A stretch of DNA of 29,354 nt from Bacteroidales bacterium (GCA_036171495.1 JAVHRE010000485.1:1-29354); one strand, 5' to 3'; positions 7,839 through 19,877 are shown, counted from the stretch's first letter. Numbers and translations are program-made. The notes: a model not told the origin generated them from the letters alone.

Positions 7839-9236
7839 TTATTCATTAATTTTTGTATCGGTATCGTCAAAAAGTTTAGAAAGACTTGACAAAATTTTAT
7901 TAACTTTTGTTTCTCTAATTTCTTTATAATTTGTTGGTTCTTTAGGCAGTTTTTTCTTTTTCACTTCTTTCTTTTCTAATTCATCTGAAAAACCAAAGTC
8001 ATCAGGTTTTGAAATTGCTTTCACAACTTTTTCTTCGCCTTGAACTTCAATGGTTTCGGTTTCAGTTTCTTTTTCTTGTTTATTTAGATATTCATCGCCA
8101 ATAATAATAAGCCCAATACTTGTTGAGAAAATAGGGGAATTTACATTTTCCTTAATGTCGGAATTTAGATACAGTATGGGGTTTCCGATGCGAATTTCGT
8201 GTCCTGTTTTAAAAGAAACTAATTGAGGTAAATTTTTTAATAATGAACCGCCGCCGGTTAAAACTATTCCCGCACCAAGTTTATCGCCAAAACCTGAATT
8301 TTTAACTTGAAATTCGACAATACCAATAATTTCCTCCATTCTGGCTTGAATAATTCTTGCTAAATCTTTTTTACTGATTTCTTTTGCATTTCTGCCGCTA
8401 ACGCCTGGTACACTTACAACCTCTTCGTTTGAAATAGTTTCGGCAAGGGCAGCTCCATGTTTAACTTTAAGCTCTTCGGCATCTTTCTCTAAAAGATTAT
8501 AAGCTTGTTTAATATCATTTGTTAAAACATTTCCTCCAAAAGGAACAACTGCGGTATGACAAATAGTGCCTTCGTAATAAATTGCAAGGTCCGATGTGCC
8601 ACCGCCAATATCAATTAAAGCAACTCCAGCCTCTTTTTCGTCTTCGGTAAGTGCAGCTTTTGCCGAAGCTAAAGGCTCTAACACTAATGTAATCAGCTTT
8701 AATCCGGCTCTTTCCACGCATCGTTTTAAGTTTTTAATATTCATTGACTTGCCAATAACAATATGGAAATATCCTTCAAGCCTGTTACCACAAATACCAA
8801 TAGGTTTTACACCACTTTCATTATCAACCGAAAAACTTTGTGGAAGCACATGAATAATTTCTTCGCCTGGTTCAAGTGCTATTCTGGATTGGTCTTGAAC
8901 AAGCACATCAATCTCATCCTGAGTAATTTCCTGCTCATAATTAGGTCGGTTAATATATCCCGAATTTCGAATGCATTTAATATTTTGACCGGCAATGCCA
9001 ACAAACACTTCAGTTATTTTAACTTTTGCTTGTTGTTCTGCAATATCAACGGCAGTTTTAATTCCGTTAACTGTTTCTTCGATATTAAGTACATTTCCAC
9101 GCTTAACACCAGAAGATTTGGTTTTACCAATTCCTAAAATTCTAAATTTACCATCGGTTTCTTTTTTGCCAATTACAGCAACAATTTTTGTTGTGCCGAT
9201 GTCAATTGCGGCAATAATGTTATTCATTTGCTCCAT
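7839..9236 (-). CDS. ftsA: Cell division protein FtsA
   Basis: IAAIDIGTTKI, LEPLASA, DIGGGTSDLA and LTGGGSLL motifs; C-terminal amphipathic helix. The ORF track starts at 9260; 9236 or 9227 is the more likely start. Confidence 0.97.
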   Translation of the reverse strand: MEQMNNIIAAIDIGTTKIVAVIGKKETDGKFRILGIGKTKSSGVKRGNVLNIEETVNGIKTAVDIAEQQAKVKITEVFVGIAGQNIKCIRNSGYINRPNYEQEITQDEIDVLVQDQSRIALEPGEEIIHVLPQSFSVDNESGVKPIGICGNRLEGYFHIVIGKSMNIKNLKRCVERAGLKLITLVLEPLASAKAALTEDEKEAGVALIDIGGGTSDLAIYYEGTICHTAVVPFGGNVLTNDIKQAYNLLEKDAEELKVKHGAALAETISNEEVVSVPGVSGRNAKEISKKDLARIIQARMEEIIGIVEFQVKNSGFGDKLGAGIVLTGGGSLLKNLPQLVSFKTGHEIRIGNPILYLNSDIKENVNSPIFSTSIGLIIIGDEYLNKQEKETETETIEVQGEEKVVKAISKPDDFGFSDELEKKEVKKKKLPKEPTNYKEIRETKVNKILSSLSKLFDDTDTKINE

Positions 9237-10050
9237 TTTCATTAATTTTTGTACAAACAACTTGATTTTTATATTTTATATTTATTGTAGTATATTTATT
9301 CCACCCCTCGCGCGATAATCCTATTAAAATTATTGCTTTTAAATTTTCAAATTTTTCATCTAAATTTTGAATATCACCTAAAAGAATAGTGAATGTTCCG
9401 ACTTTTGGAACAAGTTCAATTTCACCATTTTCATTGATATATATTTGTTCAATAAATGAATCAAAAAACGCATCAGATTTAATAAATTTAGCAAGTACAA
9501 ACAGGTCGTCTAATAAAAAATTTCTACCAAGTTCATCTTTTTCTATAGACTTTGTAATATCTTTTGTATAACGCAAATTGTATGGTTCGTTAATTTTGCC
9601 ACTTGCTGCAAGCACTCTTGCAGTATATTTTTCGGATAACGGAAACAATGCACCATCGTTATCAATATAATAACTGCTTCCATCATAATTAATTACCCGA
9701 AGAATAGGTTCACGTTGTTCAATAACAATATGTAATATTCCATCGAAAGTAGTAAATACTTCAGTTGATTTTATTGATGGATAATTATTTATATCAGTTT
9801 CGATTTTATTTAGCGGAAAATCTTCTATATTATTACCAATTATTTTATAATTTTTTTGATTAAGAAATTCAACAATATCTTTGGGTTCTACAAAACTATT
9901 GCCCGTGCTATCAATAATTTGGACATCAATTTTATTGCATTTCACTTTTTTAAGTTGTAAGTTCGAAAAGCCTAATGAAATAATTAAAACTGCAATAAAA
10001 AATGACCATATTGCAATTGAAAATATTTTTTTAATGATTGCCTTTCTCAT
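9220..10050 (-). CDS. ftsQ: Cell division protein FtsQ/DivIB
   Basis: N-terminal TM helix, POTRA-like region (IEQREPILRV), INIKYKNQVVC end; located between murC and ftsA. Confidence 0.88.
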   Translation of the reverse strand: MRKAIIKKIFSIAIWSFFIAVLIISLGFSNLQLKKVKCNKIDVQIIDSTGNSFVEPKDIVEFLNQKNYKIIGNNIEDFPLNKIETDINNYPSIKSTEVFTTFDGILHIVIEQREPILRVINYDGSSYYIDNDGALFPLSEKYTARVLAASGKINEPYNLRYTKDITKSIEKDELGRNFLLDDLFVLAKFIKSDAFFDSFIEQIYINENGEIELVPKVGTFTILLGDIQNLDEKFENLKAIILIGLSREGWNKYTTINIKYKNQVVCTKINENGANE

Positions 10051-10051
10051 A

Positions 10052-11428
10052 TTAACTTAAAATTATATTTTTAATTGGTTCAACTAATTGGTCAATATCG
10101 CCTGCTCCCATTGTTAAAAGGAGTTCGGGTTTTTTAGTTTTAATAATTTCAAAAACTTCATCTTTTGTGCAAATTGTTTTGTTTTTAATGTTAACCTTAT
10201 TGAGGATTGTTTTGCTTGTAATATTGTGAATTGGCAATTCCCTTGCAGGGTAAATATCTAATAAAATAAGTTCATCAAGAAGTGATAATGCTTCCCCAAA
10301 ACCATCAGCAAAATCGCGTGTGCGAGTATATAAGTGGGGTTGAAATATTCCTGTAATTTGTTTTTGTGGATACACTCCTTTTACTGATGAAATAAAGGCT
10401 TTAATTTCTTCGGGATGATGAGCATAATCGTCAATGTATATATTGTTTTTATTTGCAATTTGCACATCGAAACGACGTTTTACTCCCAAGTAAGATTCAA
10501 TAGCAGATTTTATTTTATTAGCAGCGACGCCTTCCCACAAACACATTGATGCCGCCGCAACAACATTCTCAACATTAAACATTCCGGTAATTCCCGGAGT
10601 TAAATTTTCGATATTTCCCCAAGGAGTTTTTAAATTAAAGGTAAATTTTCCGTTATTAAGTTTTAAGTTTGATACTGTGCAATCTGCTTGTTGTTTAACC
10701 GAATAAGTTGCAATTTTAGCTTTTGCAGAAACAGGTTCAAATTTGCTTTCTTTTTTAATTAACAACTTGCCGTTTTCTTTAACTTTTTGAGCAAATTCGG
10801 TAAATGCGTCAACTACATTTTGATAATTTTTATAAATATCAAGATGGTCGGCATCAACCGCAGTAATAATGGCTGACGATGGTGAAAGCTGAAGAAAAGA
10901 ACGGTCGTATTCATCGGCTTCTACAACTGTAATTGGACTGTTGTCAGCAAAAAGAAAGTTAGTTTGGTAATTTTTTGAAATGCCTCCCAGAAAAGCATTA
11001 CAACCATTATCCATTTGATTATAAATATGTGCCAGACAAGTAGAAATTGTTGTTTTACCGTGTGTTCCAGCAACTGCAATTGTATAGCTGCTATTTGTTA
11101 TTTCGCCTAAAATTTCGGCTCTTTTTTTAACAATAAAATTATTATTATTAAACCATTGCAATTCGCTATGGTCGTGCGGTATAGCTGGAGTGTAAATAAT
11201 TAATATATTTTCTTTAGAAGTATTCAAAAATTCTTTTGGAATAAGCGAAATATCATCCTGATAATGTATATTAATGCCCAATTGCGAAAGTTCGTCGCAT
11301 AAGTTTGACGGAGTACGGTCGTATCCTGCTACTTTACAATTTTTTAAATTAAAATATCTTGCAAGTGCACTCATACCAATACCTCCGATACCAAGCAAAT
11401 AAACATTATGTATATTATTCAAATTCAT
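10052..11428 (-). CDS. murC: UDP-N-acetylmuramate--L-alanine ligase
   Basis: GIGGIGMSALA, AVAGTHGKTT, EADEYDRSF, DDYAHHPEE, FQPHLYTRTRD motifs. Confidence 0.97.
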   Translation of the reverse strand: MNLNNIHNVYLLGIGGIGMSALARYFNLKNCKVAGYDRTPSNLCDELSQLGINIHYQDDISLIPKEFLNTSKENILIIYTPAIPHDHSELQWFNNNNFIVKKRAEILGEITNSSYTIAVAGTHGKTTISTCLAHIYNQMDNGCNAFLGGISKNYQTNFLFADNSPITVVEADEYDRSFLQLSPSSAIITAVDADHLDIYKNYQNVVDAFTEFAQKVKENGKLLIKKESKFEPVSAKAKIATYSVKQQADCTVSNLKLNNGKFTFNLKTPWGNIENLTPGITGMFNVENVVAAASMCLWEGVAANKIKSAIESYLGVKRRFDVQIANKNNIYIDDYAHHPEEIKAFISSVKGVYPQKQITGIFQPHLYTRTRDFADGFGEALSLLDELILLDIYPARELPIHNITSKTILNKVNIKNKTICTKDEVFEIIKTKKPELLLTMGAGDIDQLVEPIKNIILS

Positions 11429-11436
11429 TTATATAA

Positions 11437-12549
11437 TTAAACTAATAATAATATTTCGTTTACAATTTTTTCGGCAGAATTAACAACTGCCATTTTTCCA
11501 CAATTTTCGCGATAAACATTTATTAAAAATTCGTCATTTAATAATCTTATTGCCTCATCAACAAGCTTATATGGAGCTTCGGCATCAGTAAGCATCATAG
11601 CTGCATCGTTATTAAAAAGAGCCATTGCGTTTTTTGTTTGATGGTCTTCGGCAACATTCGGTGATGGAACTAAAATAGAAGGTTTTTTTACAATACAAAG
11701 TTCCGAAATTGTACTTGCGCCAGCTCTCGAAATAACAATATCTGCAATAGAATAAGCTAAATCCATACGTGAAATAAAATCAAGGACTTTTATATCATCG
11801 TATTTATAACTTTCTGCAACTTTCTTTGCATCAGCATAATAATTTTTACCGGTTTGCCATAATAATTGAAATTTATGTTCAATAATTTTTGACAAACCAT
11901 TTTCTATACTTTTGTTAATTGTTCTGGCACCTAAACTACCGCCAATAACAAGAATAGTTTTTTTGTTTCCCTGTACTCCAAAATGATAAATAGCTTCTTC
12001 GCGTTTTTTGCTTGAACTATCGTTCAAATTCTGACGAACAGGATTGCCGGTAAAAACAATTTTATCTTTTGGAAAAAATCTTTCCATGTTTTCGTAAGCA
12101 ACACACACTTTATTTACTTTGTTTGCAAGTATTTTATTAGTAATTCCTGCATAAGAATTTTGTTCTTGAATAAGAGTGGGAATTCTCATTCGGGTAGCTG
12201 CTCTAAGAATTGGTCCCGATGCAAAACCGCCAACACCTACAACAACATCGGGTTTAAATGAACGGATTATTTTGCGAGCTTTAATAATGCTGACAATTAA
12301 CTTGTAAAAAAATGAAATGTTTTGAAAAGTAAACTTTCTTTGAAATCCCCTTACAGGTAAACCAATAATTTCGTATCCTGCAGCAGGAACTTTTTCCATT
12401 TCCATTTTACCTTCGGCACCAACAAAAAGTATTTCGATGCTACTATCTTTTTGTTTTAAAGCATTAGCAATAGAAATAGCTGGGAAAATATGCCCACCTG
12501 TTCCACCACCACTTATTATTATCTTAAGACTCTGCTTTAACTCGCTCAT
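11437..12549 (-). CDS. murG: Undecaprenyldiphospho-muramoylpentapeptide GlcNAc transferase
   Basis: GGGTGGHIFPA, GNPVR, GGSLGA, SRAGAST and HQTKNA motifs. Confidence 0.98.
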   Translation of the reverse strand: MSELKQSLKIIISGGGTGGHIFPAISIANALKQKDSSIEILFVGAEGKMEMEKVPAAGYEIIGLPVRGFQRKFTFQNISFFYKLIVSIIKARKIIRSFKPDVVVGVGGFASGPILRAATRMRIPTLIQEQNSYAGITNKILANKVNKVCVAYENMERFFPKDKIVFTGNPVRQNLNDSSSKKREEAIYHFGVQGNKKTILVIGGSLGARTINKSIENGLSKIIEHKFQLLWQTGKNYYADAKKVAESYKYDDIKVLDFISRMDLAYSIADIVISRAGASTISELCIVKKPSILVPSPNVAEDHQTKNAMALFNNDAAMMLTDAEAPYKLVDEAIRLLNDEFLINVYRENCGKMAVVNSAEKIVNEILLLV

Positions 12550-13693
12550 ATTCAGGAGTTTTAATTTTGGTTATACTTTGACTAATACTTAAAATAATTC
12601 CAAAAGCTGCACTTGTAAAAATTATTGATGTTCCACCCATGCTTACTAAAGGTAAAGTTTGACCAGTAACTGGGAATAAATTAACTGCAACAGCCATATT
12701 AATAAATGCTTGAAATATCAAGCTAATTACAAGTCCCATTGATAAAAATGCCGCAAACGCACTTGTAGATTTTTTAACAATAACACCAGCCCTGTATAAT
12801 AACATTAAATAAAGAATAACAATAATAAATGCTCCAAATGCTCCATATTCTTCTATTATTATTGCAAAAATAAAATCGGAATAAGGGTGTGGTAAAAAAT
12901 TTCGTTGCATACTGTTACCAGGTCCTTTGCCAAAAAATCCTCCATTTGCAATAGCGATTTTTGCTTGCTCAACCTGAAAATTTTCTTCGCTTTGACCACT
13001 AACATAATTTTCAATTCTTTTTTTCCAAGTCCCAACCCTTCCCTGCTTTTGTTCAGGTAAATTTATTGAAATAAGAATAAATACAGCCATTCCGGCAATT
13101 CCAATTCCTATAACATAAAACAGATATTTAATATTTACCCTTCCTAAAAACAAAAGAATTAGTGATGTAAAAAATAACATGGCTGCGGTAGAAAAATTTG
13201 CAGGCAATATTAGTCCGCAAACTATAATAATCCACATAATTATTGAGCGAAAACCTGTTTTAAAATCTTTTATGTGACCTTGATTTTTAGCAAGAAAACG
13301 AGCAATAAAAATTATTAACGCAAATTTTGCTAAATCTGATGTTTGAAAAGAAATTCCAATACCTGGAATAGTTAACCACCGTGATGCTTCGTTTAAATTT
13401 GTTCCACGAACTAAAGTCCACAATAATAAAGGAATAGAAATGAAAAGTAATATTTGTGATATTTTTAAATAAATAATAATTGGTATCCTGTGAGTAATAA
13501 AAATAATTAAGAGTCCAACAAATAATAAAAAACCATGTCGTGATAAATAATATAACGTATTTCCTCCTTGATATTTGAATGCAAGTGTTCCTGTTGAGCT
13601 ATAAACAGCAAGAATAGAAAAAATAGAAAGTATAGCAATTACTCCCCAAATAACGGCATCACCTCTAAATATTTTTGCTGAAATAGCTTTCAT
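12524..13693 (-). CDS. ftsW: SEDS peptidoglycan polymerase FtsW
   Basis: Polytopic membrane protein with ASRW, FQTSDLAK, HPYSDFIFAII-EE-G, TGQTLPLVSMGGTS; dcw position between murD and murG. Confidence 0.93.
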   Translation of the reverse strand: MKAISAKIFRGDAVIWGVIAILSIFSILAVYSSTGTLAFKYQGGNTLYYLSRHGFLLFVGLLIIFITHRIPIIIYLKISQILLFISIPLLLWTLVRGTNLNEASRWLTIPGIGISFQTSDLAKFALIIFIARFLAKNQGHIKDFKTGFRSIIMWIIIVCGLILPANFSTAAMLFFTSLILLFLGRVNIKYLFYVIGIGIAGMAVFILISINLPEQKQGRVGTWKKRIENYVSGQSEENFQVEQAKIAIANGGFFGKGPGNSMQRNFLPHPYSDFIFAIIIEEYGAFGAFIIVILYLMLLYRAGVIVKKSTSAFAAFLSMGLVISLIFQAFINMAVAVNLFPVTGQTLPLVSMGGTSIIFTSAAFGIILSISQSITKIKTPEYERVKAES

Positions 13694-13705
13694 ATATATT
13701 AAATA

Positions 13706-15043
13706 TTATAAATCTCTTACAGCTTTTTTAAATTGTTTACCTCTATCTTCGTAATTCTCGAACACATCGAAACTTGCGCAAGCAGGCGAAAGTAAAACAG
13801 CATCACCATCTTTAGCAAGATAATATGCTGATTTTACAGCATCGTTCATTGATTTTGTTTCCAATTTAGGTACATCAACGTCTTTAAAAGCCTTTAATAT
13901 TTTAGAATTATCTAAACCTAAACAAATTATAGCTTTTACTTTTGATTTAGCCAAATTGTATAACTGGCTATAATCGTTACCCTTATCGGTTCCACCTACA
14001 ATCCAAACAACAGGCTTTTTCATGCTTTCTAAAGCATACCATGTTGAATTAATGTTTGTTGCTTTTGAGTCGTTAATAAACTCAATACCATGCACTTTCA
14101 GCACTTTTTCTAAACGATGCTCAACTGCTTGAAAATCCATTAAACATTGGCGAATATTATCTTTACGAATTCTCAACAATTGTGAAGCAATTCCTGCTGC
14201 AAGCGAATTGTACTGATTGTGCTTTCCTTGCAAAGCTAATTCTTGTATTGACATAGTAAATGTATTATTGTTTATATTTATAATTAGTTTATTATCTTTA
14301 ACATAGCCACCATTCTCAACTTCTTTTTTAATAGAAAATGGTATTAATTGTGATTTTAATTTTCGTTTTTTCATTTCGTTTATAATAACCTCATCATCAG
14401 AACAATATATAAACGTGTCGTTAGTTTGTTGGTTTTGAGTTATGCGAAATTTGCTGTTTATATAATTTTGAAACTCATGAGCATATCTATCTAAATGGTC
14501 GGGGGTTATGTTTAGCAATATTGCAATATCAGCTTTAAACTTGTGCATTTCGTCGAGTTGAAAACTGCTAAGTTCGATTACAAAATAATCATAGTTGTTT
14601 TCGGCAACTTCTAATGCAAAACTTTTTCCAACATTGCCAGCCAATCCAACATTTAAACCACCATTTTTTAAAATATGATATGTTAAAAGAGTTGTAGTAG
14701 TTTTGCCATTACTTCCTGTAATACAGATAGTTTTAGCGTTAGTATAACGCGAAGCAAATTCAATTTCAGAAATAATGGGGATTCCTTTTTTACAAATTTC
14801 TTTAATGATTTCGGAGTTATTAGGAATACCCGGACTTTTAATTATTTCAGAGGCTTCAAGAATTTTATTAATTGAGTGTACGCCTTCTTCAAAAGGAATA
14901 TTATATTTTGCAATTTGTTTGCAATATTTAGGTTTAATTTTTCCATTATCACTAACAAAAACATCAAAGCCCTTTTGCTTCGCCAAAATTGCCGAACCTA
15001 TTCCGCTTTCGCCTGCACCTAATATTACAATTAATTTACTCAC
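13706..15043 (-). CDS. murD: UDP-N-acetylmuramoyl-L-alanine--D-glutamate ligase
   Basis: LGAGESG, ITGSNGKTTT, ELSSFQL, LLNITPDHLDRY, NDSKATN, LLSPACASFD; GTG start abutting the mraY stop. Confidence 0.97.
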   Translation of the reverse strand: MSKLIVILGAGESGIGSAILAKQKGFDVFVSDNGKIKPKYCKQIAKYNIPFEEGVHSINKILEASEIIKSPGIPNNSEIIKEICKKGIPIISEIEFASRYTNAKTICITGSNGKTTTTLLTYHILKNGGLNVGLAGNVGKSFALEVAENNYDYFVIELSSFQLDEMHKFKADIAILLNITPDHLDRYAHEFQNYINSKFRITQNQQTNDTFIYCSDDEVIINEMKKRKLKSQLIPFSIKKEVENGGYVKDNKLIININNNTFTMSIQELALQGKHNQYNSLAAGIASQLLRIRKDNIRQCLMDFQAVEHRLEKVLKVHGIEFINDSKATNINSTWYALESMKKPVVWIVGGTDKGNDYSQLYNLAKSKVKAIICLGLDNSKILKAFKDVDVPKLETKSMNDAVKSAYYLAKDGDAVLLSPACASFDVFENYEDRGKQFKKAVRDL

Positions 15044-16297
15044 TTATCTTAATTTCAATGTAATTATTGTTATTACAGCTAACATTAAAGCAATAATCCA
15101 AAATCGTGTTACAATTTTTGGTTCCACATATCCTTTTTTTTGATAATGATGATGCAAAGGCGACATTAAAAATATTCTCCTACCCACACCATACTTGCGT
15201 TTTGTAAATTTAAACCAGCCAACTTGGAGCATTACCGATAAATTTTCGATAAAGAAAATTCCACACAGAATTGGCAACAATATTTCTTTTCTAATAAGAA
15301 TTGCAAAAACAGCTATAATTCCACCAATTGCAAGGCTTCCTGTATCGCCCATAAAAACCTGAGCAGGATAAGAATTGTACCACATAAAACCTACGGTAGC
15401 ACCAATAAACGCACTTGCAAAAACCACCATTTCGCCGGAATATGGTATGTACATTATGTTAAGATAATCGGCAAAAATAATGTTACCCGAAACATAAGCT
15501 AAAATTCCAAGTGTAGTGCCAATAATAGCCGACACTCCTGTTGCCAGCCCATCAAGACCATCGGTCATATTTGCCCCGTTTGAGACAGCTGTAACAATAA
15601 ATATTACAGCTAAAACAAAAACTAACCAAACCCATTGTTTGCGTGCCGTTTTGTTAAGAAATGCCAATAAATATTCGTAATTAAATTCATTATTTTTCAA
15701 AAATGGGATTGTCGTTTTTGTTGATTTAATATCACCCGACATATAAACTGCACGACTTGCGAATGCTTTAGTATATTTTGTTACTTCAGATTTTGGTTCA
15801 ACTATATTTTTGCTTGTTTTTTCACGAATAACAATATCGCCGCTAAAGTATATTGTAAGCCCAACAACTAAACCAAGACTTATTTGTCCTAAAATTTTAG
15901 ATATACCTTTTAAACCTTGTTTGTCGTGTTTAAAAACTTTAATATAGTCATCTATAAAGCCCATTAAACCAAGCCAAACCGTTGTTACAAGTAAAATGAT
16001 AATGTATATGTTGTGCAGTTTTGCAAAAAGTAAAGTAGGAATAATAATAGAAGCAAGAATAATAATTCCTCCCATAGTTGGAGTACCTTGTTTTTTAAGT
16101 TGCCCTTCGAGCCCAAGATCGCGAACAGTTTCACCAATTTGCTTTTTTTGAAGGATACGAATAATTTTTTTACCTATAATAAGTGAAATTATTAACGATG
16201 TAATAACTGCCATTGCCGACCTAAACGAAATATATTGAAATACTCCCGCACCTGGAAAATCTAATTTATCAAGATATGTGAATAAATAATATAACAT
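15044..16297 (-). CDS. mraY: Phospho-N-acetylmuramoyl-pentapeptide transferase
   Basis: [35 protein letters not shown] and PLHHHY motifs. Confidence 0.98.
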   Translation of the reverse strand: MLYYLFTYLDKLDFPGAGVFQYISFRSAMAVITSLIISLIIGKKIIRILQKKQIGETVRDLGLEGQLKKQGTPTMGGIIILASIIIPTLLFAKLHNIYIIILLVTTVWLGLMGFIDDYIKVFKHDKQGLKGISKILGQISLGLVVGLTIYFSGDIVIREKTSKNIVEPKSEVTKYTKAFASRAVYMSGDIKSTKTTIPFLKNNEFNYEYLLAFLNKTARKQWVWLVFVLAVIFIVTAVSNGANMTDGLDGLATGVSAIIGTTLGILAYVSGNIIFADYLNIMYIPYSGEMVVFASAFIGATVGFMWYNSYPAQVFMGDTGSLAIGGIIAVFAILIRKEILLPILCGIFFIENLSVMLQVGWFKFTKRKYGVGRRIFLMSPLHHHYQKKGYVEPKIVTRFWIIALMLAVITIITLKLR

Positions 16298-16298
16298 A

Positions 16299-17759
16299 CT
16301 ACATTAAATCATTAAATATTTTTTTAACTTCTTCTCTGTCATCAAAATGCGATTTTATTCCATTAACTTCCTGATAAGTTTCATGCCCTTTGCCGGCAAT
16401 TAAAACCATATCACCATGAGTAGCTAATTGACAAGCGGTGCGAATAGCTTCGCAACGGTCAATAATTGTTAATACTTTTTTTGATAATTCTTTGTCCAAT
16501 CCTTGTTTCATATCAGTAATTATATCTTCTGGTTTTTCATTACGTGGATTGTCGGAAGTTAAAATTACTTTGTCGCTTAATTCGGCACTAACTTTTGCCA
16601 TTATGGGACGCTTTGTTTTATCTCTGTTTCCACCTGCTCCAACAACTGTAATAATTTTGCCGTTATTTTTAATTAATTGCTTAATTGTTTGTAATACATT
16701 TAATAAAGCATCGGGAGTATGTGCATAATCAACAATTGCTGTATATTGTTTTGGCGATGTGAAATATTCAAACCGCCCATCAACGGCAGTCAAATCGCTT
16801 AATTCGAGCATCATTTTTTCTTTGTCGGCATCAAGTAAAATTGCAGTAGAATAAATTGCCAGAATATTGCTTGCATTAAACTTTCCTATTAAACGAGTCC
16901 ACATTTCTATATTGTTAATTTTAAGCAACATTCCATTAATATGACTTTCAATAATTGTTGCATTATAATCGGATAAAGAATGAAGCGAGTAAGTAAATGT
17001 TTTAGCTTTAGTATTTTGGAGCATAATTTTACCATTTTTATCATCGGCATTAGTTATTGCAAATGATGTGGCAGGTAAATCGTCGAAAAATTTCTTTTTA
17101 GCTGTTAGATATTCTTCAAAAGTTTTGTGATAATCGAGATGGTCGTGGGTTAAATTAGTAAAAATGCCACCGGCAAAAGTAATACCGTTAATTCTGTGCT
17201 GCACAATTGAATGTGAACTCACTTCCATAAAACAATATTTACAACCTGCTTCAACCATTTTATTTAGCAATTTGTTAATACTTATTGCATCCGGAGTTGT
17301 ATGAGTGCTGTCAAACGACTTGGAATCAACATAATTAACCACAGTAGAAATTAATCCGGAACGTGAGCCTAATCGTCTAAACAACTTATAAAGCAAGGTT
17401 GCTATTGTAGTTTTTCCATTTGTGCCTGTAACTCCAATTACCTTAAGTTTTGACGAAGGATGTTCATAATACGAATCGGCAATTGGTCCAAGTAATAACG
17501 AAGTACTTTTAACCTGAACATAAGTAACATAATTAACAGTTTCTGACGGGATTTTTTCGCAAATTATTGCTTTAGCTCCAGCTTTAATAACACCATCTAT
17601 AAAATTATGTCCATCAACTTGAGTTCCGCAAATTGCAACAAATATTGAGTTATTTGTTATAAGTCTTGAATCAATGTACATTTTGTAAACAAGAACATCG
17701 GGATTACCAATAATTTTGATAATCTCAATATCGTTTAATATTTCAGATAACTTTCTCAA
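16299..17759 (-). CDS. murE: UDP-MurNAc-dipeptide--meso-diaminopimelate ligase
   Basis: [42 protein letters not shown] (DAP-type specificity motif), AGKGHE; TTG start. Confidence 0.97.
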   Translation of the reverse strand: MRKLSEILNDIEIIKIIGNPDVLVYKMYIDSRLITNNSIFVAICGTQVDGHNFIDGVIKAGAKAIICEKIPSETVNYVTYVQVKSTSLLLGPIADSYYEHPSSKLKVIGVTGTNGKTTIATLLYKLFRRLGSRSGLISTVVNYVDSKSFDSTHTTPDAISINKLLNKMVEAGCKYCFMEVSSHSIVQHRINGITFAGGIFTNLTHDHLDYHKTFEEYLTAKKKFFDDLPATSFAITNADDKNGKIMLQNTKAKTFTYSLHSLSDYNATIIESHINGMLLKINNIEMWTRLIGKFNASNILAIYSTAILLDADKEKMMLELSDLTAVDGRFEYFTSPKQYTAIVDYAHTPDALLNVLQTIKQLIKNNGKIITVVGAGGNRDKTKRPIMAKVSAELSDKVILTSDNPRNEKPEDIITDMKQGLDKELSKKVLTIIDRCEAIRTACQLATHGDMVLIAGKGHETYQEVNGIKSHFDDREEVKKIFNDLM

Positions 17760-19877
17760 TTAACTTAATGCTATATAAATTGTTTGACCATTAACAACTT
17801 TATTTCCTGCAGGAATTGACTGCGATTTAATTACACCTTTACCAATTGGTTTTACTTGCAAACCGCAATTACCCAATAAAAACAAAGCATCGCGTAAACC
17901 CATTCCAACAACATTTGGAACTAAACTGGCATTTACATTTGCATTTTGAATTATAACATTGTTGTTTGTTTGCAAAACCGAAACCCACTCTGATGAAGTT
18001 GAATTTTCTTTAATAGGTAAACCCATTGAATTATAAACATTAACAATATCCTTTTTCTTTCCATTTTTAGCTAAAGGAACATTTTGTGCAATAACTGGCA
18101 TATTATTTAAAGGTTTATGAATATCGGTACTTGTTGCATAAACTTTATCGGCAATTTCCTTAAATATTGGACCGGCAACTATGTTCCCATAGTAAACAGA
18201 ATTTGAAGGCGAACTAACAACTACAATGCAACTGTATTTAGGATTATCTGCAGGAAAATATCCGACAAAAGAAGCTTGATAAGTTTTTTTCGCATTTTCG
18301 TCGGCATAGCCATGACGAGTATTTGCAATTTGTGCAGTTCCCGTTTTGCCTGCAATTTTATAATTAGTTCCTTTTAAATTTTTTGCTGTTCCTTCTTCAA
18401 CAACACTTTCGAGCATAATTTTTAATTTATTTATTGTTTCGTTTGAGCAAATAGATGGATTAATAACTTCAGGAGCATACTCTTTAACTATTTCACCATG
18501 AAAACGCAGTTCTTTTACTAATTTGGGTTTTACCATTTTTCCATTATTTGCTACAGCATTATAAACTGTTAATATTTGTAGTGGTGTAAGCTTTACCTCA
18601 TATCCAATTGACATCCAAGGCAATGTAACGCCCGACCATGAAGAATCTGAAGGGTCTTTAACAATAGGATAACCTTCACCTTTTATATCTAATCCGAGTT
18701 TTTCATTTAATTTAAGTTTGTAAATTCTATCAACAAAGCGATGAGGGTCTTTAGAAAAATTTCGAGTAATAATTTTTGAAACACCAACATTTGATGAATG
18801 TGCAAAAACCTGTTTTACCGTTAGCTTACCTAAGCCCCCTTGATGTGCATCTTTCATTTTTAGTCCATAATATGATACAACACCATTTCCTGTATCAATA
18901 GTATCGTTAATATCTACAACTCCCTCGTCTAAGGCAATTAGTAAAGAAACGAGTTTAAAAGTTGAACCAGGTTCAATACTTTCTCCAATAGCATAATTGT
19001 AATCTTCGATATATCCCGATTCATCTTCTTTTCTTTGAAGATTAGCTATGGCTTTAATCTTTCCTGTTTGCACCTCCATTAAAACGACACAGCCATGATT
19101 GGCATTATTTATCTGAAGTTGCTTTAAAAGAGCATTTTGTGCAACATCTTGAAAATTTATATCTAATGTAGTGCAGACATCGTATCCGTCTTGAGGTTCA
19201 ATTTCGTTTCCGTTGTTAATTGGCATCCAAACATTTCCGGATAATTGTTGCATAAATTCCAATCCTTGTTTTCCTCGCAAATACTGGTCAAAAGCACCTT
19301 CAATTCCTACTACAACTCTGTCTTTTGTTGTATATCCAATAGTACGTGAGGCAAGCATTCCGAATGGTTTTGCACGTTTACTTGATTGCACAACAATAAA
19401 TCCACCTTTATTTCTTCCTAATCTGAATATTGGAAACTGTTTCATTTTTTTTAGTTGAGAATAATTTACATCACGTTTAATTAATTGATATCTACTTCCC
19501 AAACGGTATGCTTGAATTAACTCCGATTTATATTGTGCAGTAGTATTATCGGAAAACAGATTTGCCAAACAAATTGCAAGTGAATCGACATTTTTATTAA
19601 ACAGTTCTTTTTTTAATCCTTCGGCTTTAGTATCTAATCTTATTTCGTAAATAGGTATTGAGCTTGCAAGCACTCTTCCATCTTCAGAATAAATTTCGCC
19701 TCGCAATGGCTCAATAACAACGTTTTTTTGAGTCATCTCGGTTGCTTTCGATTTCCATTTATTACCTTCTACTATTTGAATATACAAAATTCGTCCAATA
19801 ACTACTACAGCAAAGCCACCCATTAAAATGTAAATGAGTGCCATACGCCATAATATATCTTTACGCAATCCCGGCAT
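17760..19877 (-). CDS. ftsI: Class B penicillin-binding protein (FtsI/PBP3) with C-terminal PASTA domain
   Basis: N-terminal TM, RGEIY motif, catalytic motifs STFK, SSN and KTGT, and C-terminal VPNVVGM PASTA. Confidence 0.93.
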   Translation of the reverse strand: MPGLRKDILWRMALIYILMGGFAVVVIGRILYIQIVEGNKWKSKATEMTQKNVVIEPLRGEIYSEDGRVLASSIPIYEIRLDTKAEGLKKELFNKNVDSLAICLANLFSDNTTAQYKSELIQAYRLGSRYQLIKRDVNYSQLKKMKQFPIFRLGRNKGGFIVVQSSKRAKPFGMLASRTIGYTTKDRVVVGIEGAFDQYLRGKQGLEFMQQLSGNVWMPINNGNEIEPQDGYDVCTTLDINFQDVAQNALLKQLQINNANHGCVVLMEVQTGKIKAIANLQRKEDESGYIEDYNYAIGESIEPGSTFKLVSLLIALDEGVVDINDTIDTGNGVVSYYGLKMKDAHQGGLGKLTVKQVFAHSSNVGVSKIITRNFSKDPHRFVDRIYKLKLNEKLGLDIKGEGYPIVKDPSDSSWSGVTLPWMSIGYEVKLTPLQILTVYNAVANNGKMVKPKLVKELRFHGEIVKEYAPEVINPSICSNETINKLKIMLESVVEEGTAKNLKGTNYKIAGKTGTAQIANTRHGYADENAKKTYQASFVGYFPADNPKYSCIVVVSSPSNSVYYGNIVAGPIFKEIADKVYATSTDIHKPLNNMPVIAQNVPLAKNGKKKDIVNVYNSMGLPIKENSTSSEWVSVLQTNNNVIIQNANVNASLVPNVVGMGLRDALFLLGNCGLQVKPIGKGVIKSQSIPAGNKVVNGQTIYIALS

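Noticed and set aside
1629-19458. Short antisense or alternate-frame ORFs over core genes (1629, 2993, 6589, 6681, 6962, 8596, 8763, 8995, 9389, 14775, 16438, 19213)
   Set aside because: Fully overlap well-supported genes, have no motifs, and show the composition expected of shadow frames in AT-rich DNA.
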